A stretch of 27,274 nucleotides of DNA, taken from assembly GCA_031372065.1 (NCBI GenBank), contig JANMKN010000078.1:1-27274 (forward strand), read 5' to 3'. Shown piece by piece: positions 17,579 to 25,194 of this stretch. Both the position numbers and the translations under genes were made by a program. Below the pieces are notes generated by a model, which was given only the letters and a program-made list of their open reading frames with translations, was not told the origin of the DNA and ran no database searches. Within the stretch, counting starts at the first letter, position 1. The number at the start of each line of letters is the position of its first letter. This DNA comes from Abditibacteriaceae bacterium. GTDB lineage: Bacteria > Armatimonadota > Abditibacteriia > Abditibacteriales > Abditibacteriaceae.

Positions 17579-19048
17579 TTAGCTCCAACTCCAAAGGCGA
17601 CGGGCGTTTTCGAGTTGTTCGGCGACGCGTTCGGGCGCTGTGCCGCCGTAACTTCCGCGCGCGGCGACGCTCGCTTCAACGGTGACGACATCCGTTACGT
17701 CGTCGCCAAAACGATGGTCAATGGACTGCCATTCGGCATAAATTAGCTGGTCAAGTTGACGCCCGTGTTCTTCGCAATAATTCACTACACGACCTACGAT
17801 TTCGTGCGCTGCACGGAACGGCACGCCGTGGCGCACTAAATAATCGGCCACGTCTGTCGCTGTCGAAAAGCCGCCGCCCGCCGCCGCTTTCATGGCCTCG
17901 GTGTGGAAAGTGACCGATTCGATGACGCCCCGCGCGATTTGCAGGCTGGAAACCACGGTATCGAAGGCATCAAAAAGCGGCTCTTTATCTTCTTGCAAAT
18001 CGCGGTTATAAGTCAGCGGCAAGCCTTTAACAAGCACAATCAAGGCGTTTAAATCGCCAACGACGCGGGCGCTTTTGCCGCGAATTAATTCCATCGAATC
18101 GGGATTTTTCTTTTGCGGCATAATCGAAGAACCCGTCGAAAAACGCTCGTCAAGCGTCGCAAAACCGAATTCCGGCGCGCTCCATAGCACAAATTCTTCG
18201 GCCAAACGCGAAAGATGCAAGGCAATCATCGTCAGCGCCGACACGCTTTCAATCATGTGATCGCGGCTGGCAACGGTATCCATCGAGTTTTCGGAAACGC
18301 TTTTAAAACCCAATTCTTGCGCCACAAAATGGCGGTCAATCGGAAAAGTGGTGCCTGCCATCGCAGCGGCGCCAAGCGGCAGCACATCGTTGCGCTTGGC
18401 GGCATCGGCGAGGCGCTCGGCGTCGCGTTGCAGCATCCAAAAATAGGCCAGCAAATGATGCGCGAGCAAAACGGGTTGGGCACGCTGCAAATGCGTGTAG
18501 CCCGGCAAAATAGCGTTTTGATGCTCTGTGACGCGACGCAAAAGCGCGCCCTGCAAATCGCGCACGGCTTTTTGCGCGGCGATGAGGGCGTCTTTCAAAT
18601 AAAGGCGCACATCGAGGGCGATTTGGTCGTTGCGCGAGCGTCCAGTGTGCAGTTTTCCGGCAACCGGGCCAAGACGCGCCGTGAGATGACGTTCGACAAA
18701 GGAATGAATATCTTCATCCGGCGCATTTTCAAAGGTGAGCGCGCCGCTGTTAATATCGTCGCCGATGGTGCGCAGGCCTTCAATGATCTGCGCGCCGTCT
18801 TGGGCCGAGATCACTCCGGCGCGGGCCAACATTTGAGCGTGCGCCATTGAGCCTTTGATGTCATACTTCCACAAGCGCGCGTCAATGGGGAGAGAAGTGG
18901 AGAAATGGGCCATTGCCTCATCGGGCGCTTGCGTAAAACGTCCGCCCCACAAGGCTTTTGTTGTGTTTGTGGGTTCGTTTTGGCGTTCGGCACTGGCGGA
19001 TTGCATTGCGACTTCGGCATCAGTCGGTAAATTAATTTCGGTGTTCAT
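17579..19048 (-). CDS. argH: Argininosuccinate lyase
   Basis: LWGGRF, LHTGRSRNDQ, PGYTHLQRAQP, TGSSIMPQKKNPD, YNRDLQEDKE. Confidence 0.98.
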   Translation of the reverse strand: MNTEINLPTDAEVAMQSASAERQNEPTNTTKALWGGRFTQAPDEAMAHFSTSLPIDARLWKYDIKGSMAHAQMLARAGVISAQDGAQIIEGLRTIGDDINSGALTFENAPDEDIHSFVERHLTARLGPVAGKLHTGRSRNDQIALDVRLYLKDALIAAQKAVRDLQGALLRRVTEHQNAILPGYTHLQRAQPVLLAHHLLAYFWMLQRDAERLADAAKRNDVLPLGAAAMAGTTFPIDRHFVAQELGFKSVSENSMDTVASRDHMIESVSALTMIALHLSRLAEEFVLWSAPEFGFATLDERFSTGSSIMPQKKNPDSMELIRGKSARVVGDLNALIVLVKGLPLTYNRDLQEDKEPLFDAFDTVVSSLQIARGVIESVTFHTEAMKAAAGGGFSTATDVADYLVRHGVPFRAAHEIVGRVVNYCEEHGRQLDQLIYAEWQSIDHRFGDDVTDVVTVEASVAARGSYGGTAPERVAEQLENARRLWSWS

Positions 19049-19101
19049 GGCGACTTTATTTTAACAACCGTCGTCTTGCGTTACGCGCTTTTAAAAATCC
19101 C

Positions 19102-19158
19102 GCGCCGCAAGGCGCTTTTGTCACGCCCTGACCAAATCTCACTGGCAGGGCGTTTTTT
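19102..19158 (+). promoter_or_regulatory. Structured leader with terminator-like hairpin upstream of mgtE
   Basis: gcgcc-gcaa-ggcgc GNRA hairpin, then acgccctg...cagggcgt followed by a T run, in a divergent intergenic region. Confidence 0.5.
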
Positions 19159-19162
19159 ATGC

Positions 19163-19238
19163 AGTTATGAGTTTGAAATCGGGAGTTTTGAGTTAAATCA
19201 GTTTCAACTCAAAACTCTGAACTCAAAGCTCATAACTC
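19163..19238. repeat. Heptamer tandem repeat with inverted copy (AGTTWTG / WAACTC types)
   Basis: agttatg agtttga aatcggg agttttg agtt ... aactc aaaactc tgaactc aaagctc ataactc. Confidence 0.85.
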
Positions 19239-19261
19239 AATCAGGGAGGTGACGCGAACCA

Positions 19262-20689
19262 ATGGCAAACGAAGAAAGCACATTATTCGATCATTTAAGG
19301 GCGGCGCTGCGTGCGCCGATGGGGTCGGGTGGCGATTTGGCCATGACAGCGGCCCTGCGTGGCAAGCACCCCGCCGACATCGCAGAGGCAATGACGCGAT
19401 TAAGCAACCCCGAAGCGTTGGGTGTTCTCAACTGGCTGGACAACGAGCGGGCTGCCTCCGTGTTGCCCGAACTCGAACCGGATACCCGCAGTTATCTGGT
19501 GGATAACGCGCCGGCGGGACGCATCGCCGACTTGCTGGACTTGTTGCCGATGGACGACGCGGCGGATGTCGTGGCCGAAGCCGCCGAAGATGACCCGCAG
19601 CAAGCCGAAGAACTGCTCGATGAACTGGCCGAACGCGCGCCCGAAGACGCCGCCGAAGTGCGCGAACTGCTGGATTATCCCGAAAACAGCGCCGGGCGCC
19701 TGATGACCGACAATTTCGTGCGTTTGCTGGCCGAAATGTCCGTCGAAGAAGCCTTTGCAGCGGTGCGCGATGCCGACCCGGAAGTCGAAACGCTGACCGA
19801 ACTTTACGTCGTGGACAAAATCAATCCCGAAGGATTGACGCAGCCGCAACAAGACGAAACTTTACTGGGTGTCATTCCGTTGCGGCGCCTCGTAAATGCT
19901 CGCTCGGAGCAAAAAATTCGCGACATTATGATTGGCGAACCGCTCACAGTCAGCGCAGACACCGATCAGGAAGTAGTGGCGCGCATTTTCGCCAAGTATT
20001 CGTTTTTGGCCGTCCCCGTTGTTGATCGCCAAGGCTTTTTGGCGGGCATCATCACGATGGACGACATTATTCACGTTTTGCAGGAAGAACAAAGCGAAGA
20101 CGTGCTGGCGCTTGGCGCCGTCTCGTCCAGCGATTCGGAAACGCCGTATTTGTCACTGACGCCCGTTGGGATTTTTCGCCAGCGCTTTGGCTGGCTGTTG
20201 CTGTTGTTTGTCGCTGAAACCGCGACGGGTTTCGTCACGCGCCATTTCGGTGGGCTTTTCAAAATCGTTCCCGCGTTGGCGTTTTTTATGCCGCTGCTCA
20301 TCGGCACTGGCGGCAATGCAGGCGCGCAAGCGGTAACGACCATCACGCGTGCTTTGGCGCTGGGCGAAGTGAATTACAAAGACTTGAGCCGCGTGTGGAG
20401 CCGCGAAATCAGAGCCGGTTTAATGCTCGCAACGGTGCTTTCTTGCGTTGGCTTTGTGCGCACGCGATTGTGGGGACAGCCCGATAGCATCGCTTTCGTT
20501 GTGGCGGCTTCGATGATGGTGATTATTTTGTGGGCCATGACCGTCGGCTCGATTTTGCCGATTATCCTCAAGCGCTGCGGCCTTGACCCCGCCGTGATGA
20601 GCGCGCCGTTTATCACGACTTTAGTGGACGCCACAGGCTTGTTTTTCTACTTCAGCATCGCGCGTATGGTTTTGCCGGAACTCCGTTGA
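19262..20689 (+). CDS. mgtE: Magnesium transporter MgtE
   Basis: Acidic N domain (HPADIAE), YPENSAGRLMT, CBS pair, GTGGNAGAQ, DPAVMSAPFITTLVD; GGGAGG upstream. Confidence 0.96.
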   Translation: MANEESTLFDHLRAALRAPMGSGGDLAMTAALRGKHPADIAEAMTRLSNPEALGVLNWLDNERAASVLPELEPDTRSYLVDNAPAGRIADLLDLLPMDDAADVVAEAAEDDPQQAEELLDELAERAPEDAAEVRELLDYPENSAGRLMTDNFVRLLAEMSVEEAFAAVRDADPEVETLTELYVVDKINPEGLTQPQQDETLLGVIPLRRLVNARSEQKIRDIMIGEPLTVSADTDQEVVARIFAKYSFLAVPVVDRQGFLAGIITMDDIIHVLQEEQSEDVLALGAVSSSDSETPYLSLTPVGIFRQRFGWLLLLFVAETATGFVTRHFGGLFKIVPALAFFMPLLIGTGGNAGAQAVTTITRALALGEVNYKDLSRVWSREIRAGLMLATVLSCVGFVRTRLWGQPDSIAFVVAASMMVIILWAMTVGSILPIILKRCGLDPAVMSAPFITTLVDATGLFFYFSIARMVLPELR

Positions 20690-20691
20690 AT

Positions 20692-20727
20692 TATGGTCGG
20701 GGTAGGCGTCTTCCTGCCCCGACCATA
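20692..20727. terminator. GC-rich hairpin immediately after the mgtE stop
   Basis: tatggtcggggtagg-cgtctt-cctgccccgaccata; no U tract. Confidence 0.55.
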
Positions 20728-20736
20728 CGAGGACGA

Positions 20737-20789
20737 TTTTTAAGAAAATACGCAAATCTTCCAAGAAGATTTGCGTATTTTCTTAAAAA
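20737..20789. repeat. Perfect 24-bp inverted repeat
   Basis: tttttaagaaaatacgcaaatctt-ccaag-aagatttgcgtattttcttaaaaa. Confidence 0.9.
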
Positions 20790-21100
20790 ATTTGCTTAAA
20801 AATTGAAGTAATACGCTTAAAAGTCAAAATAATTTTCTTAAAATCCAAGATAATACGCTCAAGAGTAATGGTATTGTGTTCAAGGGTAATAGTAATACGC
20901 TCAAAAGTCGAAGAATTTGCAAATACCGAAAGAGAATATGCTCAAGAGTAATGGTAATATGCTCAAGAGTAAGAGCAATACGCTTAAAAGTTGAAGAATT
21001 TGCAAATATTGGAAGACAATATGCTTAAGAGCTTGACCTTTATGCTCAAGAGTATCAGGTTTATGCGTAAACTTTGAAAGAATATGCTTAAAAGTAAAAG
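20789..21100. repeat. Degenerate 21-nt tandem array, 15 units, consensus about AATAYGCTYAARAGTAANNNN
   Basis: Units start at 20789, 20810, 20831, 20852, 20873, 20894, 20914, 20935, 20956, 20977, 20997, 21018, 21039, 21060, 21081. Confidence 0.9.
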
Positions 21101-21191
21101 AATTAAGGACACAACAAAGCCATGCAAGGAAGAATTCTTTGGCTTGGAGCCTAAAATCAAGACTTTTTTGCGCGATTTTCTACAAGATTTG

Positions 21192-22358
21192 CTAAATTCG
21201 TGCTTCGGGCGAAAGTTGGCGCAAACTTTCGATAACTTTGGGCAAAAGATTGAGTAGAGCATCAATTTCGGCTTCGGTGTTGCCGCGCCCCAAACTAAAG
21301 CGTGTTCCGGCCCGCGCGAGGCCTGTTTCGCGGCCAATGGCGAGCAAAACCGGCGACGGATCAAGGCTTCCTGCCGCACAAGCGCTGCCTGTCGAGCAGC
21401 AAACGCCGGCGCGGGCATCCAACTCCAAAATCAAGCCCTCGCCTTCGACGCCTTCAAACGAGAAATTAGCGATGCCGGGCACGCGCTGCGTTCTATCGCC
21501 GTTGAAATGCGCGCCGGAGACATTCTTTTCGATGCCGTCAATGAGATAATCGCGCAACTGCGCCACGTGCGTTTCTTCGCCGTTTTGCAGGGCATGGAGT
21601 GACGCAATAGCCGCCGCGCCCATCGAAACGATGGCAGGCACATTTTCGGTGCCGCCGCGCCGTCCTTTTTGATGCGGGCCGCCGTCCACAAGGGTTTCCA
21701 ATCGCACGCCGCGCCGGATGTAAAGCGCGCCCGCGCCTTTGGCACCGTAAAATTTATGGCCGCTGAGAGTTAATAAATCCACGCCTAAATCGCGCACATC
21801 AAGCGGAATATGACCGACAGTCTGGCAAGCGTCGCAATGCAGCCAAATGCCACGCGCTTGGCAAATCGCGGCAATTTCCTTAATCGGCTGAATGGTGCCC
21901 ATTTCGTTGTTGGCGTGCATGACGGAAACGAGAACTGTGTCGTCACGCAAGGCATTTTGCAATTCATCAAGGCGCAGAATGCCGTTTTCGTCCACGCCAA
22001 CAAAGCTGATTTCAAAGCCTGCTTTTTCCAGCGCCTGACAAGGATGCAAAACTGCGTCGTGTTCGATATTTGTCGTCACGATATGCCTGCCTTTGCCTTG
22101 CTCTTTCAAGCGATGCGCCACACCTTTGAGCGCGTGGTTGTTGCCTTCGGTGGCGCCCGAATTAAAAACAATTTCCGCCGGGCGCGCATTGAGCAAGGAC
22201 GCCACTTGTTCGCGCGCTACATCAATGGCAAAGCGTGCCTGTTTGCCCAAATGATGAAGCGATGACGGATTGCCGTAGGCTTGCCCCAAATAAGGCAGCA
22301 TGGCTTCTAACGCTTCGTCGCAAAGCGGCGTTGTGGCGGCGTGATCGAGATAAATCAT
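21192..22358 (-). CDS. iscS: Cysteine desulfurase, IscS/NifS group I
   Basis: MIYLDHAATTP, SGATEGNN, LSGHKFYG (PLP Lys), STGSAC catalytic Cys; start ATG 22358. Confidence 0.92.
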   Translation of the reverse strand: MIYLDHAATTPLCDEALEAMLPYLGQAYGNPSSLHHLGKQARFAIDVAREQVASLLNARPAEIVFNSGATEGNNHALKGVAHRLKEQGKGRHIVTTNIEHDAVLHPCQALEKAGFEISFVGVDENGILRLDELQNALRDDTVLVSVMHANNEMGTIQPIKEIAAICQARGIWLHCDACQTVGHIPLDVRDLGVDLLTLSGHKFYGAKGAGALYIRRGVRLETLVDGGPHQKGRRGGTENVPAIVSMGAAAIASLHALQNGEETHVAQLRDYLIDGIEKNVSGAHFNGDRTQRVPGIANFSFEGVEGEGLILELDARAGVCCSTGSACAAGSLDPSPVLLAIGRETGLARAGTRFSLGRGNTEAEIDALLNLLPKVIESLRQLSPEARI

Positions 22359-22532
22359 GAGAAAAGTAACACCCGTCGGGGCCTGTGTGCCAAGTGTAAC
22401 CAGCGCGTAGAGCGATAAATTATGCATCATATCTTGTAAAAAGCGGGTGACACGGCATAAAATGAATTACCCGGTTGGCTATTCGAAAAACTTCATCACT
22501 CACGGCCCCGGCGGAAGGTTTTAGGTCTTACG

Positions 22533-24113
22533 ATGCCGAAATCACAACGGACGGCGTATGTGGCGCTGGCTATTATTTTAGATGCCTTGACTTTGGTCGC
22601 GGCATTTTTTGTGGCCGTTTGGCTGCGCGAAGGATTGGGGAACACGTTGGTAGCGTTCAGCGATGTGTTTGGCTGGCGTCTGCGCGAAATGGTGCGCCAT
22701 CCCAAAGATTTGCCGGAGTTTTACCGCATTGTTTTATCACCTAATCCGCTTGTAAATATTCAAACTCATCTTTGGGTTTTATATTTGTCCATTCCGGCGT
22801 GGCTTTTTTTTCTACAAGCCCAGAACGCTTATGATCCGCAGAATCATCGTAATGCGCGGCAGGAATTCGCCGTGTGCGGCTATGCGGGCTTGATGGGCAC
22901 GATGGCCGTCGTGGTTTTTTTCTTTTTGGCTAAGTTCGATGGCAATCGCCTGCTGTTTACGGGTTTTTTGATTTTTGGCGTCACGTTTATGTGGCTCGAA
23001 CGGCGCTTTCTCTTGCCCTTTTTATTGCGCGGCAGCAAAAAAGCTGTGCGCAATGTTTTGCTCATTGGCGATGCCGCCAGCGCGCAAAATTTCCTGAAAT
23101 TATTGCAAACGCCCGCTTATCGCAGCAGTCGCTTAATGGGCTACATTTGCGACCAACAACCCGCAGACAGCGAAGTGAATTATCTGGGGGGCATGGACGA
23201 ACTGGCGAAAATCCTTGACCGCGATGTAGTGGACGAAGTTGTCATTGTGCGCTCGCAGGCCGAGGCGGTGCCGCCGAGTTTCGCGAAGAAAACGCGCCCC
23301 GGTCACAGTTCGCCCGGCCATATTTGGGGCGATATTTTACAATTGTGCCTCGAACGCGGACGCACCGTCAGCCTCGTAGATGACATTGTGCCGCCCGTCA
23401 ACGCCAAAGTCGAAGCAACCATGATGGGGGCACTGCCCACGCTGGTTTTGCACAACACGCCGCAAAATACGCTGGCTTTGGTCGCCAAGGGCATGATGGA
23501 TCGCCTTATTGCGTTCATCGCGATTTTCGTTTTAATGTTCCTCTTGCCGGTTTTTCCCATCATTGCATTGCTTATTAAGTTGCATGACCGGGGGCCGGTT
23601 TTTTTCTCGCAAGAGCGCGTTGGCCTCAATGGGCGCCTTTTCAAGTTCTACAAGTTTCGTTCGATGGCCGTCAATGCACAGGAAATCCTCGAAACCATGA
23701 AGCGCGAAGAACCGGAAAAATACAAAGCCATCAACGTTATGGAGGAGCCGTTTTTTAAGGCGAAAGAAGGCGAAGACCCGCGCATCACGCCGATTGGTCG
23801 CTTCATCCGCAAGTATTCGATTGATGAATTGCCGCAGTTTTTGAATGTCCTCAAAGGCGATATGAGCCTTGTTGGGCCGCGCCCGCCACTACCAAAAGAA
23901 GTTGCCGAATTGGAGCCGTGGCAACGTCGCAAACTTTCCGTCAAAGGCGGCCTAACTTGCATCTGGCAAGCCACAGGCCGCAATGAAATCACCGACGTGG
24001 ACGAATGGATGCGCCTTGACCTCGAATACATTGACAATTGGAGCCTATGGCTTGATGTCAAGCTGCTCTTTAAAACGCTCAAAGTGCTGGTCAATCCCAA
24101 AGGCGCGTCGTGA
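22533..24113 (+). CDS. Polyprenyl-phosphate sugar phosphotransferase (WcaJ/WbaP-like priming glycosyltransferase)
   Basis: N-terminal TMs; GPVFFSQERVG, YKFRSM, DPRITPIGRFIRKYSIDELPQ, MSLVGPRP, LDLEYIDNWSLWLD. Confidence 0.95.
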   Translation: MPKSQRTAYVALAIILDALTLVAAFFVAVWLREGLGNTLVAFSDVFGWRLREMVRHPKDLPEFYRIVLSPNPLVNIQTHLWVLYLSIPAWLFFLQAQNAYDPQNHRNARQEFAVCGYAGLMGTMAVVVFFFLAKFDGNRLLFTGFLIFGVTFMWLERRFLLPFLLRGSKKAVRNVLLIGDAASAQNFLKLLQTPAYRSSRLMGYICDQQPADSEVNYLGGMDELAKILDRDVVDEVVIVRSQAEAVPPSFAKKTRPGHSSPGHIWGDILQLCLERGRTVSLVDDIVPPVNAKVEATMMGALPTLVLHNTPQNTLALVAKGMMDRLIAFIAIFVLMFLLPVFPIIALLIKLHDRGPVFFSQERVGLNGRLFKFYKFRSMAVNAQEILETMKREEPEKYKAINVMEEPFFKAKEGEDPRITPIGRFIRKYSIDELPQFLNVLKGDMSLVGPRPPLPKEVAELEPWQRRKLSVKGGLTCIWQATGRNEITDVDEWMRLDLEYIDNWSLWLDVKLLFKTLKVLVNPKGAS

Positions 24114-24227
24114 GATTGCTTCGAGGCTATTTCAGAGGCTATTTGGTAGTTTCTTAGAGTCTGTATTCAAATGCCACGATAAGTGAAAGGGTGCACTTTG
24201 GGTTTGGGCTGAAGTAAGTTGAGCATT

Positions 24228-24350
24228 TTATAAGTCATAGCCCACAGCTTCCAGCGCCGCAATCGCACGCCTTTCGCGCTCGGCGTTCATCTCGGCGGGT
24301 TCCATGTGCCGGTCAAGCCCATGCAGCCCAAAGCGAGGGGAAACGACGGC
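24228..24350 (-). pseudogene. Possible remnant of a paralogue of the upstream CxxCH protein
   Basis: ERRAIAALEAVGYDL resembles EKASVAALQRKGYEV in the adjacent gene; no clear start. Confidence 0.3.
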
Positions 24351-24366
24351 ACGCGATGTTGCATAA

Positions 24367-25128
24367 TCATAGTTTTCCCTTTTTGCGGTAAGCATACATA
24401 GCCACACCCAGCGTATCGCCGATGGAGGGATTTTCCCACCGACTGCCATACCAATGCTTAACAGAAACTTGGTGGCATCCAAAACAACCTTTTTGCGAAA
24501 CACGCACTGCGCGGGCGGCAATCTTCCAATCGTCAATCTGAAAGTCCATACCTTCGCGTTGCTTGAAAGCGGCAAAGGCTTTTACTGCCGGTGCCTTGAG
24601 CCGTGAAGCAGTGCCCACTTTGCCTCCATCGGGCAGACCTGTAGGAACCTTTCCTAATTCCTTGCCGTAGTTTTCATCGAAGAAAAAGTAAGGATTTGCT
24701 TCGTATCCCGCCGGAGGTTTGCCAGTCATAAAAATTGGCCCCTGAATAAAGGGGATTGTGAGACCATTGAACCTGAGAATGTGTTCATAATCGTAGCGAA
24801 AGTAGCGTTCTCCCGCTACATAAAACACCACTTCATAACCTTTGCGTTGCAGGGCTGCCACAGAGGCTTTTTCCGAAGCAGTTTTCGGCACGAAAACGCT
24901 GTGGCGTTTCCCTACGCGGTCTGTCCCGAAGTTATCTGTTGGCATTTCAGCAAAGCGCGCTTGCACAACTTTATCAAGCATGGCTAATTCAGGGACCGGA
25001 AAGGTATAAGGCGTTTTTGGCGCGTTGCGATGCCGGTTTTCCTGCCAACGCACCACGCCGAATGGCAACAGCGCCACAAGCGAAGTAGCAAGGAAGAATT
25101 TCACCAGAAATTTGCGCTTGCGTCGCAT
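24367..25128 (-). CDS. Membrane-anchored/exported putative c-type heme protein (DUF3365/Tll0287-like C-terminus)
   Basis: Basic N-terminus plus TM segment; ARAVRVSQKGCFGCH...IGDTLGVAMYAY; start ATG 25128. Confidence 0.65.
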   Translation of the reverse strand: MRRKRKFLVKFFLATSLVALLPFGVVRWQENRHRNAPKTPYTFPVPELAMLDKVVQARFAEMPTDNFGTDRVGKRHSVFVPKTASEKASVAALQRKGYEVVFYVAGERYFRYDYEHILRFNGLTIPFIQGPIFMTGKPPAGYEANPYFFFDENYGKELGKVPTGLPDGGKVGTASRLKAPAVKAFAAFKQREGMDFQIDDWKIAARAVRVSQKGCFGCHQVSVKHWYGSRWENPSIGDTLGVAMYAYRKKGKL

Positions 25129-25136
25129 AGTTAAAG

Positions 25137-25189
25137 TAGCCACAGATGCACACAGATTTTCTAAAACCATCTGCGTTCATCTATGGCTA
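25137..25189. repeat. 10-mer tandem repeat with inverted copy (CACAGATGCA type)
   Basis: tagccacagatgcacacagat ... atctgcgttcatctatggcta. Confidence 0.8.
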
Positions 25190-25194
25190 AAAAT

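Noticed and set aside
20789..21100. CRISPR array
   Set aside because: Period is only 20-21 nt, repeats are degenerate, there are no spacer-length unique segments and no cas genes
20984..21418. 144-aa minus-strand ORF with Leu-rich tail
   Set aside because: Overlaps iscS in another frame and its tail is simply the translated repeat array
22359..22371. TACTTT 4 nt before the iscS ATG (also before ATG 25128) as a leaderless promoter
   Set aside because: Spacing is too short for a -10 box and the second case overlaps a repeat end
24123..24144. gaggctattt direct repeat x2
   Set aside because: Too short and isolated to interpret
24228..24290. Vsr/DUF559-like reading of NAERERRAIAALEAVGY
   Set aside because: No other nuclease motifs; similarity to the adjacent gene explains it at least as well
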